Shown here: positions 55,546 through 64,000 of the stretch, piece after piece
How the letters are laid out: the number at the start of each line of letters is the position of its first letter
Numbering within the stretch: the stretch's first letter is position 1
Assembly: GCA_016293005.1 (NCBI GenBank)
Contig: JAEDFA010000003.1
Span: 3,150 to 67,149, forward strand
DNA length: 64,000 nt
From: Treponema sp.
GTDB lineage: Bacteria; Spirochaetota; Spirochaetia; Treponematales; Treponemataceae
Direction: 5' to 3'
Notes under the pieces: model-generated
The model's database searches: none
Seen by the model: only the letters and a program-made list of their open reading frames with translations
Told to the model about the DNA's origin: nothing
Made by a program: the position numbers and the translations under genes

Positions 55546-57168
55546 TTATTTTGCATCATAGGTGGAATTTTGTGAAATTTCTTTTAAAGTCTGTTTTTCA
55601 AGAAGTTTTACATTGCCGTTTACACCTGTTACAATGACTTTGTCTTCTGTGATTGTAACAGGTGTGCTGCTTTTTAATGGTACATTTGATTTTAAAAGAA
55701 GGGTTAAATTTTCATCGTATTTTCCGAGAACCCAGTTTTTGCCATCTTGAATTATACAGTAGAAATTTGAATCATCTTGAATTAAAACTGAATTTTCGTG
55801 AACGATTTCATTACTTTCCTGTTCGATTTCCATTGTATCGGGTGAAAGAAGAACAAGTTTTACCGCTCCGTTTCCGCTGTTTTCTCCACAGACTGCAATA
55901 TAATTTTCACCTGCCTGGAACATTGTTCTGTTTCTTATGTATGTTACAGGAGACTGCTTCATGATTTCGCCGGTTTTTGAGTTGATTTTAATCATTCCTG
56001 AAAGAAGTTCTTTTTCGTCTGTAAGTTCCATTCCGTAGACTGCGTTTGAAAGCGCATCTTGAAGTTCTTTGTTGATTACTTCCTGCATGTCTTTTGCGAT
56101 TTCACGGCGTTCTTCCTGTGCTTCAAGATTTTTCTTGTCGGCAATCTGCTGCTGTTCCTGAGCATCTTTTTTAGCTTCTTCTGCTTTTTTCTCCTGTGCA
56201 TCTTGTTTTTCTTGCTGCTGTTCTAATTCTTCCTGCTTTTTTTGGGCTTCTTGAGTTTTTTCTTCTGCAGCTTTTATATTCTCTTTCGTAGGATTTTCTT
56301 CTGCTTTTTTCTTAGCAGTTTCAGCGTCTTTTTTAGCGTTTTCGGCTTCTTTTTTTATTTCTTCTGTTTTTTGCTTTTCTTCCTGGGCTTTTTTAGATTC
56401 TGAAGCGGCTTCTTTTTGAGCATTCTGTGCTTTTTCCTGCGCTTTTTCTGCTTCTCTTTCTTTTAATTCTACCATGTCTTTTCTTGTGTCAACATTTTTG
56501 TCTTCATCATCCTGCATTCGTTTTACGACTTCTTTATCGCTTATTATAGAAGTGTCTACAGTGCCGACTCCTTCATTTTTTACATCAAAAAGTGGAATTA
56601 CAATTTGCGAAGAACCTGCCCAGTCTTTCCAGTTTACAGAAAGTCCTGCGTCTTTTTCAGTTAAATTTTGAACGACTATGTTCTTGTATTTTTGAGAAAA
56701 AATATCAATTTTGTTTCTATATACGGCATTGTACACTGTGACGAAAGTTGCGATTGTAAGGCTGTCTTTTTCTGAATAACCGTAAGCGCCTGAAAGGTAT
56801 GATGCAATGATTATGCGCAGGTTTTTTATGTGGTCAACAGTTGCATTTTTACCGATTATGAAGATATCTGCATCGAGTTTTGATTTTTCGTTTGGGTCTA
56901 CGGCATGAATTACATAATAGCGGTTTAAATCTCCGGCGGTTGCATAAGATGTTTTGTTTTCTTTTATTTGAGATGTTAAAGAAGAACCGAGTGATTTTAT
57001 TTGTTCAAGAGTATCGATTTTTGAATGAGGACCTGTGTAATTTTGAAAGACGATTTTGTCTTCTGGACCTGTGCTTTTTAATTCTTCTTCGTCTACACTT
57101 AGTGCAGAAAGATTTACAGATAAAGTTAATAAAATAAAACTGAATAGAAAAGATTTAAAATGATTCAA
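55546..57168 (-). CDS. P83/100 family protein
   Basis: Signal peptide; F.NYTGP, DADIFIIG..A.VDHI.NLR, ATFVTVYNAVYR, central K/E/A/Q coiled coil; TTG start with GGAG RBS. Confidence 0.85.
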   Translation of the reverse strand: MNHFKSFLFSFILLTLSVNLSALSVDEEELKSTGPEDKIVFQNYTGPHSKIDTLEQIKSLGSSLTSQIKENKTSYATAGDLNRYYVIHAVDPNEKSKLDADIFIIGKNATVDHIKNLRIIIASYLSGAYGYSEKDSLTIATFVTVYNAVYRNKIDIFSQKYKNIVVQNLTEKDAGLSVNWKDWAGSSQIVIPLFDVKNEGVGTVDTSIISDKEVVKRMQDDEDKNVDTRKDMVELKEREAEKAQEKAQNAQKEAASESKKAQEEKQKTEEIKKEAENAKKDAETAKKKAEENPTKENIKAAEEKTQEAQKKQEELEQQQEKQDAQEKKAEEAKKDAQEQQQIADKKNLEAQEERREIAKDMQEVINKELQDALSNAVYGMELTDEKELLSGMIKINSKTGEIMKQSPVTYIRNRTMFQAGENYIAVCGENSGNGAVKLVLLSPDTMEIEQESNEIVHENSVLIQDDSNFYCIIQDGKNWVLGKYDENLTLLLKSNVPLKSSTPVTITEDKVIVTGVNGNVKLLEKQTLKEISQNSTYDAK

Positions 57169-57278
57169 AATAACACTCCGTAAAAAAGGCTTTATGAAAT
57201 CTAGAAAATTAGATTTCTTTAAAATTATACAATTAAATCAAAAAAAATGCTATTTAAATTTTAAGACCGTTTAAAATT

Positions 57279-59108
57279 TTAAATTCCTGAGTCTGCAATT
57301 TTAATCAGGGTTTTACGCGCTTTTTCCCGGACTTTTGAATCGTATTTTGGATACAAAAGCGTAGAAATCATTTCTTTTCCGTGAGAATAAAGTGCAGGTC
57401 GCCCCATGAAAACGCAGATTTCGTAAACTGCATCGCAGATTTCGCATAAAAGTGTGGAATTTATGGACGAAGTTTCCTGAAGAACTTTTTCAAGCGAATT
57501 TAAAATTTTTGAATCAGGATCGTAACCGAATAATTTTACTGCTCTCACAAGATAAATAAGATGAGATGGATTTTTTTGAGATGAAAGCAGTCGTGAAATT
57601 TCTTTGCTGAAAAGGTCAGTTCCAAGGAGTGCAAGCTGGTTTAGTAAAATTTCAGTTCCTTTTGTGTCTGTTTCAAAAACTGACGGTTCGCTTCTTGTTC
57701 TTGATGAAGTTTTTTGCATTGAAAAATCAGAATACGCTTTGTATGCAGAAAGAATTATTGAAGTCCATTTTTCTTCAAGAACTCCATAATTTCCCTGTTT
57801 TAAAAGTTCATTTCGGCCTTCATCGGCGTACCTTCTGTCGATTTTTGAAGATTCAGTTTTAAAAATCGAAGTATCTGTTGCGTAAAAATCTGAATAATCG
57901 CCTGAAGATTTTGTTTTAAAAGTTTTGTTTTTTTGTTTTGATGATGTCTGAATCGTTTTCCAGCCTAAAAAAAGCCATGAAGGTTCGCTTAATAAAAGAG
58001 TGTTTGAGGAAGAACATAAAATATAATTCCAGGATTTTTTATTTTGCGGAAGCGATACTGAATAAAGTATTTTTCCGAATTCGTTGAAAATTACGGCATT
58101 TTTTAAATCGCTTACAAAAAAACTTCCGTCGGTTTCTGTTTTTCCTGAAAAGGTTTTATTTTGGATTTCGATTTGATCTGAGTCAAAAATTGAAGTTATT
58201 TTTCCTGTTTTGTTTTCAAATGAAATAAAACGCGTCTGATTTTTTAAAAGCGGAATGGCAATAACTGTTTTTGTTTTAGAAAGCGGAATAAAAGTTTGGG
58301 CTTTATGATTTTCCGTGTTTACAAAAATTGAATTTTTTGAGGAGGTGACCCATTTTGTAAGCGTGCTGTTGTCTTCTACGCTGCAAAGACCAAAACCTCC
58401 TCCTTCAAAAGATAAAATCACTCCGTCTTTGCAGGAAAATGCGTTTGAAACTTTTCCTGAAAATGTGAATGCTGCGATTATTTCACCGAAAGGGGAAACT
58501 CTGAGTGCTTTTGAAAGACCGTTTTCAGTTTCTTTTAAAAAGACTAAAAGTGTTCCATCGTTTAATTCTTCTGGAGCGATTTCGCTTTGTTCTGGCGTTG
58601 TAATGTTCCATTTTAAAATTCCGTTTATGGAAACGCATGATAAATTTTTGTTTCCGCGTGCAAAAATTCTTCCGTCGCGCCCTGAAAACGGTTTTTTACA
58701 TATATTGAATGGAAGTGTTTTTTTCCAGAGAAGTTTTCCGCTTGGATTTACGAAGGAAAGATTTTTTTTATCGCTTACATAAATTATAAAATCGTCTTGT
58801 AAAACTGTAAGAAAGTCTTCTGGATTTCCGTAGACTTTTTTTTCCCATAAAATTTTCCCTGAATTTGATATTGCAGTGAGAGTTTTTGCATCGGTTAAAA
58901 CGCAGAAGCCGTAACTTGTTTCTTCGGGGCGGGCAATCGCTTTTCCGTTTAAAACTGTGCTGAATTTTGCATTTTCTTTTTTAAGTGTAATTTTTTGTTT
59001 TTCTTCTTGATTATTTTGATTTACATTTTTAATTATATTTTCCGCACTGCAAACAAAATTCAGGCTGAGAAAAATTAAAATAAATGCTTTTTTTGCTGAA
59101 TTGTTCAT
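57279..59108 (-). CDS. Exported protein with PQQ-like beta-propeller repeats and C-terminal helical (HEAT-like) region
   Basis: Repeated G.(I/L)LW / GILKW blades; ATGA overlap with the upstream methyltransferase stop. Confidence 0.65.
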   Translation of the reverse strand: MNNSAKKAFILIFLSLNFVCSAENIIKNVNQNNQEEKQKITLKKENAKFSTVLNGKAIARPEETSYGFCVLTDAKTLTAISNSGKILWEKKVYGNPEDFLTVLQDDFIIYVSDKKNLSFVNPSGKLLWKKTLPFNICKKPFSGRDGRIFARGNKNLSCVSINGILKWNITTPEQSEIAPEELNDGTLLVFLKETENGLSKALRVSPFGEIIAAFTFSGKVSNAFSCKDGVILSFEGGGFGLCSVEDNSTLTKWVTSSKNSIFVNTENHKAQTFIPLSKTKTVIAIPLLKNQTRFISFENKTGKITSIFDSDQIEIQNKTFSGKTETDGSFFVSDLKNAVIFNEFGKILYSVSLPQNKKSWNYILCSSSNTLLLSEPSWLFLGWKTIQTSSKQKNKTFKTKSSGDYSDFYATDTSIFKTESSKIDRRYADEGRNELLKQGNYGVLEEKWTSIILSAYKAYSDFSMQKTSSRTRSEPSVFETDTKGTEILLNQLALLGTDLFSKEISRLLSSQKNPSHLIYLVRAVKLFGYDPDSKILNSLEKVLQETSSINSTLLCEICDAVYEICVFMGRPALYSHGKEMISTLLYPKYDSKVREKARKTLIKIADSGI

Positions 59109-60313
59109 TTTAATAACCATGCAAGACTTTCAATATGGCTTGTCTGCGGATAAAAATCAAGGAGAAAAAGTTTTTCAAGCGTTCTTCCAGATTCTGTCAA
59201 TTGCTTTGCATCCCGAGCGTGAGTTGCCGGATCGCAGGAAACTGAACGGATTACAGGAATTTCTGATTTTTTTAAAAATTCCATGACACCTTTTTCGATT
59301 CCGCTTCTTGGAGGATCGATTACGACAGCGTCAAAATTTGAGTTTTTCTGTTCCTGTGCCCATTTTTCGCCGCTTAGACCAAATGAAATGTGATTTTTTC
59401 CTGAAAGATTTTGTTCTGCAAATAAAAGCGCATCTCTGTTGTGTTCTACGAGAGTAATTTTTTCAAATTTATCTTTTAAAAAAACTGAAAAAGTTCCGCA
59501 GCCTGCATACATGTCAAGTACATTCTCGCCTGAAAGAAAGTCTGTAACTTTTTCGATTGATTTTGAAAGAACTTGTAAATTAGACTGAAAAAAGCCCCGC
59601 ACATCGAAAGAAATTTTTTTTTCATTTATGGTAACTTCCGCTGCATTTTCAGGGGAAAAAACAGGACCTGTGTATCTTTTTTTTATTTGTTTTATTCTTT
59701 TGTTTTTTGGATAAAAATTTTGCTCCTGATTTACAGTTTTTGGTTCTGCAATGTAGATTTTTTTATGTGTGAAAGGATTTTCAGTAAGGCTTTCTCCTGC
59801 AAATATGTTGCATCTTCCTTTTGGCCGATTGATTTGAGGTGTGTTTTTTAAATAATCGTTTATTTCTTTTACGGCGACAGGGCAGAAGGAGAAGTCGACT
59901 TTTGTGTTTGATTTTTTTTCTGAAAGCGAGCCGTCTGTAAGCTGGAATCTGTTCCTGTATGAAAACGCGTCTCCTGAAATAACAGTGATTTCAGGCGGAG
60001 TTACTGAATTTTTTATGAAAAGGTCTTTTAAAATTTCTTTTTTAAGTTCTTTTTGAAATTCGTAGTCTATGTGCATTAAATTACAACCACCGCATTTTTC
60101 ATAAAGTGGACAGACTGGTTTTATTCTGTGAGGCGACGGATTTATGATTTCTACTATTTTTGCGCGACAATAATCTCTTTTTTCTTCTGTAATCTGAATT
60201 TTTAATTTTTCCCCGGGAACTGCAAACGGAATAAAAATTGTTTTTCCGTCGATTTTTGCAATACAATCTCCCCCAAAAGTCATTTTTTCTGTTATAATAT
60301 TGTGAGTGAGCAT
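59105..60313 (-). CDS. TrmA/RlmD-family RNA (uracil-5)-methyltransferase with TRAM domain
   Basis: C.LY..CGGC, FFQSN, DMYAGCG, DPPRSG, VSCDPAT.ARD, DFYPQTSHIE. Confidence 0.92.
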   Translation of the reverse strand: MLTHNIITEKMTFGGDCIAKIDGKTIFIPFAVPGEKLKIQITEEKRDYCRAKIVEIINPSPHRIKPVCPLYEKCGGCNLMHIDYEFQKELKKEILKDLFIKNSVTPPEITVISGDAFSYRNRFQLTDGSLSEKKSNTKVDFSFCPVAVKEINDYLKNTPQINRPKGRCNIFAGESLTENPFTHKKIYIAEPKTVNQEQNFYPKNKRIKQIKKRYTGPVFSPENAAEVTINEKKISFDVRGFFQSNLQVLSKSIEKVTDFLSGENVLDMYAGCGTFSVFLKDKFEKITLVEHNRDALLFAEQNLSGKNHISFGLSGEKWAQEQKNSNFDAVVIDPPRSGIEKGVMEFLKKSEIPVIRSVSCDPATHARDAKQLTESGRTLEKLFLLDFYPQTSHIESLAWLLK

Positions 60314-60418
60314 TTTTTAATTTTATCGCATTTCATGTATTTTGTGCATAGTTTATTTTAAGGAAAATAAAAAAACGTTTGTTTTTTTTAATTCTAATTT
60401 AATTTTGAGAGGTTTTGT

Positions 60419-61360
60419 ATGCAGATTGAAAGTTTTTTTCAGACAATGAGTGATGGTTTTGAACTTTTTGTAAACCGCTGGATTGTTGATGAAGGTTCAG
60501 ATGTAAAAGGTGTTGTATGTTTTTGTCACGGAATGCAGGAACACATAATGCGCTATGACAGAATTGCAACTTATTTTACGGAACATGGTTATATTTTTAA
60601 CGCTTATGACCAGAGAGGGCACGGAAAAACTGCCCAAAATTCAATTGAAAAAAATAAAGGCGATTTTATGATTCTTGCAGAAAAAAAAGGTTTTGAGCGT
60701 GTTACAGATGATTTGCACGAAATTCTTTCTGCGTTAAAGAACAAATATCCCGATAAAAAAATAATCCTTGCTTCACATTCTTTTGGTTCTCTTGTAACGC
60801 AGAATTATATAGAAACTTACGGTAAAACATTGATTGATTCTTGCGTTTTAATAGGAACAAGCGGTCCAAATCCTTTAGCACCTTTTGGGTTATTTTTAAA
60901 CAGAATTTTTAGTCCGTTCGTAAATAAAAACAAAGGCTCAAAATTCTTTGATAAACTGGTTTTCGGCTCATACTTGAATCATATTCCAAAAAAAGAGCGT
61001 CTTACTTCTTCTGACTGGCTTTCGGTAAACAGGGATAATATTAATCTTTTTAAAATGGATGCCTGGTGCGGAAAACTTCCATCATTTTCTTTTTTCAAAG
61101 ACCTTTTAAGCCTTGTTTCTAAAATCAGCAAAAAAAAGAACATCAAAAAAATTCCAGAAAACCTTCCGCTTTTATTTATGTACGGAACAGAAGATCCTGT
61201 CGGAAATTACGGAAAGTCAATTCAGCACCTTATTTTTGAGTGTAAGAAAAATGGAGTTCAGACTGTAGATTTTAAAGCGTATGTAGGTTTACGGCATGAA
61301 ATTTTAAACGAATCTGAATGGAAAGCTATCTGTGATGATTTAATTTCATGGATTTCCTAA
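60419..61360 (+). CDS. Alpha/beta hydrolase (lysophospholipase-like)
   Basis: HGMQEH..RY, DQRGHG, SHSFG nucleophile elbow, G.EDPV, RHEILNE. Confidence 0.9.
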   Translation: MQIESFFQTMSDGFELFVNRWIVDEGSDVKGVVCFCHGMQEHIMRYDRIATYFTEHGYIFNAYDQRGHGKTAQNSIEKNKGDFMILAEKKGFERVTDDLHEILSALKNKYPDKKIILASHSFGSLVTQNYIETYGKTLIDSCVLIGTSGPNPLAPFGLFLNRIFSPFVNKNKGSKFFDKLVFGSYLNHIPKKERLTSSDWLSVNRDNINLFKMDAWCGKLPSFSFFKDLLSLVSKISKKKNIKKIPENLPLLFMYGTEDPVGNYGKSIQHLIFECKKNGVQTVDFKAYVGLRHEILNESEWKAICDDLISWIS

Positions 61361-61380
61361 ATTCAATTGATTTTGTTCCC

Positions 61381-61409
61381 TTGATAAATTTCTTATACTG
61401 TAATAAAAT
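61381..61409 (+). promoter_or_regulatory. sigma70-like promoter TTGATA-N17-TAAAAT, 9 nt before pcnB GTG
   Basis: Motif spacing; no SD. Confidence 0.55.
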
Positions 61410-61418
61410 TGATACATT

Positions 61419-62543
61419 GTGTTAATCAGGTATGGAACAGACTCAAACGGCAATCCTGTAAAAAAAGCTGTCGTTTATACAAAAGAAGAACATCAGATTC
61501 CAAAAAATAAAATTGATGTAGATGCTGTATATATAATTTCACGACTCAAGGATTTAGGCTTTCAGGCATATATAGTAGGCGGTGCTGTGCGCGATTTAAT
61601 CGTTGGTGCTGAACCAAAAGATTTTGATATCGTAACAAATGCAACGCCTTCAAGAATAAAAAAATTATTCAGAAATTCTCGCATAATCGGTAAAAGATTC
61701 CGTATTGTTCATGTAATTTTTGGAAACAAAATTTTTGAAGTAAGCACATTCCGGTCTAATGCCGTAAGTTCTGTTGGAAATGATTTTGGAACAATGGATG
61801 AAGATGTTCTTCGCCGTGATTTTACGTTAAATGCGCTTTATTATGACCCGATTTTAGAGCAGGTTATTGATTATGTAGACGGAATGAGAGATATAAAAAA
61901 GCATATAATTCGTCCTGTAATTCCTCTTGAAACTATTTTTATAGATGACCCGGTAAGAATGCTTCGGGCTATAAAATATGCTGCAAAAACTGATTCAAAA
62001 ATGTCTTTTCTTCTTCGTCATAAAATCCGGCATAGTGCAAGTCTTTTAAATCAGATTTCTCCGTCACGCCTTACAGAAGAACTTTTAAAAATCATAAATT
62101 CATCTCATGCCTATCAGATTGTTACAGAAGCGCTTGATACCGATTTGTATATGACTCTTCAACCTGCTGCAACCGGAATGATGTACGAAAACAAGAAATT
62201 CGAAAATTCTTATATGAAAAATATGCAGCTTCTTGACGAATTTGTAAAAAAAGAACCTGATGCCCGACTTGGAAAAAAACTTGTCTTTTTGATTTCTGAT
62301 TTTATCGAAAGTTTAACTGACTGGAAAAAAGAAACCGAAGATAAATTCTCAAGCGGAGAACTTTACAAAAAAACATGGACTGAATGCCGGAATTTTATTC
62401 TTCCTATGAATCCTCAGCGCACGGAACTTGAGTATGCCGTAAAAGAAGTTCTTACAAATCTTGGAGTTCCGCTTAAATCTTTAAAAAAGAAAGAGTCTGT
62501 TTTAAGAAAAAGTATAAAAAAAGTTTCAAAACCAAAAGATTAA
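61419..62543 (+). CDS. pcnB: Poly(A) polymerase
   Basis: VGGAVRD, KDFDIVT, PAP-specific IIGKRFRIVHV signature, RRDFT.NAL, DDPVRMLRA. Confidence 0.9.
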   Translation: MLIRYGTDSNGNPVKKAVVYTKEEHQIPKNKIDVDAVYIISRLKDLGFQAYIVGGAVRDLIVGAEPKDFDIVTNATPSRIKKLFRNSRIIGKRFRIVHVIFGNKIFEVSTFRSNAVSSVGNDFGTMDEDVLRRDFTLNALYYDPILEQVIDYVDGMRDIKKHIIRPVIPLETIFIDDPVRMLRAIKYAAKTDSKMSFLLRHKIRHSASLLNQISPSRLTEELLKIINSSHAYQIVTEALDTDLYMTLQPAATGMMYENKKFENSYMKNMQLLDEFVKKEPDARLGKKLVFLISDFIESLTDWKKETEDKFSSGELYKKTWTECRNFILPMNPQRTELEYAVKEVLTNLGVPLKSLKKKESVLRKSIKKVSKPKD

Positions 62544-62560
62544 TGTTAATTTTTGTTTTT

Positions 62561-63448
62561 TTAATTTGAATCAGGCGGAAGTGATATTTTATCGATAATG
62601 ATGTTGACTTCTTCGATTAAAATTCCTGTAAAACTTTCGATTTTGTCGATTATGAACTGCTGAAGTTTGTGAATTTTTCCTGTAAGTTGTGTCCCAAAAG
62701 GAACATCGATTGTCATAACGAGTTTGTAACCGCGGCTGTCTGTTTTTATAATCAGTTTCTTGATTTTTATGTTTGCATCGTGCTCTAAAACGCAGTGCAT
62801 GACCATTTGTGTTAAAGCTGCTTCTGAAATTTCGATTCTGCCTTTTTTTGAGAATTCCGGCTGAACAATAGATTTTTCAAAAACCCGTCCGTCGTTTTGC
62901 CGTGATTTTCCGAAAAGTCCCCTGTTCCTTAAGAAAACTTTTACAGTATTTGAAAAAATTTGAGGATAACTTCTTTTGATTTCTATTGAAGGAACAGGAA
63001 TTACATGTTTTCCTTCTACTTGTCTTGCTTTTATTGCTTTTTCGATTTCTTCGCGCGTAGAAATATCTTCTATGTGGATTATTTTTTCTGGGGCAGGAAG
63101 TTGTAATCTCATTGCAATTTTTCCGACCATTTTTTCTGAAGTTCCAAGAATGAGAATTTTTTTAATTTTTGCTCTTTTTAAGGCTTTGGCAACTTCATCT
63201 CTGTGTTCTTTGTCATCGAAAAGCGCAACGCGGACTGCACCCATATAAGTTTTTTCTCTTTTTGCAGAATGTCCGCCTAAAATTTTATCATTTTGAATTA
63301 AAAGACCATCGTCTATGATTGCAGTAATTCCGTATTTTTCTGCAAGCAATTTTGCTCTAAAACTCTTTCCTGTTCCGCTTTCTCCGACAAGGGCAAATAC
63401 CGAACAAGTTTTTTTAGTCTGAATCAAATTAGAAATAAAATTTGCCAT
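62561..63448 (-). CDS. P-loop protein with C-terminal Asp23/Gls24-like domain
   Basis: GESGTGKS Walker A, IIDDGLLI; C-terminal G.IEISE.A...Q..I...IE.FTG.....VNI.I. Confidence 0.7.
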   Translation of the reverse strand: MANFISNLIQTKKTCSVFALVGESGTGKSFRAKLLAEKYGITAIIDDGLLIQNDKILGGHSAKREKTYMGAVRVALFDDKEHRDEVAKALKRAKIKKILILGTSEKMVGKIAMRLQLPAPEKIIHIEDISTREEIEKAIKARQVEGKHVIPVPSIEIKRSYPQIFSNTVKVFLRNRGLFGKSRQNDGRVFEKSIVQPEFSKKGRIEISEAALTQMVMHCVLEHDANIKIKKLIIKTDSRGYKLVMTIDVPFGTQLTGKIHKLQQFIIDKIESFTGILIEEVNIIIDKISLPPDSN

Positions 63449-63499
63449 ACATTTAATTATATACCAAATTTGAGCATTTTCCACTTTTTTATTAAAATT

Positions 63500-64000
63500 T
63501 TATGAAAATTTTACCCCTGAAAGAAAATCTGAAAGCGGCTTTTTGTAAGATGATGAAAGTTCTTCAGGGAGATTTAAGGGATTGTCTTTTGGAAAAATTA
63601 GTTTTTCAGCGTGTAAAAAAAATTCTCTTTCTGAAAATATTTTTTTTCCGCCGTACGCAGTGTCTCCTAATAGTGGAAAACCGTGGAAAGCGCTTTGACA
63701 GCGAATTTGATGAGTTCTTCCTGTTTGTATGAAAAATTTTACAATTGTAATGTCGTTTGAAAAAACTTTTTTGTGTTCAAGAGGAATGACATGTGTGACT
63801 GTTTTTTTGAATTTATCTGAAATTTTTTGTTTAGAGATTTGAACTGTGTAAAAGCGTTCTGTTTTTAATTTTTCATCTTGATTTATGAAATCTTCCCAAA
63901 TTTCTTCTGATTTTAACTTTCCCTGAATGACTGCGATGTATGATTTTTGAATCGTATGATTTGAAATGTTTTTAGAAAACCATTTTGCACCATTTAGACT
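63500..64000 (-). CDS. RluA-family pseudouridine synthase, C-terminal part (5' end beyond window)
   Basis: Manual translation from 64000: ...IQTGRTHQIRCQSAFHGFPLLGDTAYGG...FFLHA; stop TAA at 63500-63502; absent from the ORF track. Confidence 0.9.
   Translation of the reverse strand, partial: SLNGAKWFSKNISNHTIQKSYIAVIQGKLKSEEIWEDFINQDEKLKTERFYTVQISKQKISDKFKKTVTHVIPLEHKKVFSNDITIVKFFIQTGRTHQIRCQSAFHGFPLLGDTAYGGKKIFSEREFFLHAEKLIFPKDNPLNLPEELSSSYKKPLSDFLSGVKFS

Noticed and set aside
56100..56470. Low-complexity repeat-like DNA
   Set aside because: Encodes the K/E/A/Q coiled coil of P83/100; no exact tandem unit
63502..63732. 76-aa plus-strand ORF
   Set aside because: Shadow of the minus-strand RluA gene, which carries clear motifs
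1..64000. Poly-A/T runs as phase-variation sites; IS, prophage, tRNA or rRNA genes
   Set aside because: A/T runs of 7-9 are ubiquitous at this composition; no transposase, integrase, phage or structural-RNA signatures recognised

Overview
AT-rich chromosomal segment from a spirochaete, most likely a commensal (gut/rumen-type) Treponema. The assignment is inferred from a P83/100-family gene, a flgF-flgG-flgJ(rod-binding only) cluster, spirochaetal lipoboxes and a long LepB. About 49 CDSs are present, mostly housekeeping: amino-acid biosynthesis (cimA, leuB, thrA, ilvN, dapL, asnA, icd), purine salvage (deoD, apt), cell wall (murI, murC), secretion (secA, lepB), RNA modification (two RluA, RlmI, RlmD-like, miaA, pcnB) and glycogen (glgC, divergent GH57). 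I found no rRNA, tRNA, CRISPR array, IS or prophage. The standout locus is a stand-alone 10.8 kb gene for a ~3,600-aa lipoprotein with roughly 20 or more Ig-like domains and a propeller-like tip. It carries an anomalous in-frame C9 tract at the end of its first domain, where a 1-nt slip truncates the protein. A 26-bp-period tandem repeat abuts its promoter. Together these suggest a phase-variable, regulated giant adhesin. Two further patterns are visible in the intergenic DNA. About a dozen genes have sigma70-like promoters placing the predicted transcription start on or just before the start codon (leaderless mRNA). Sigma28-like promoters lie ahead of the flagellar rod genes and also ahead of a 70-aa orphan and a probable outer-membrane beta-barrel. 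All calls come from motif recognition by eye; no database searches were run.
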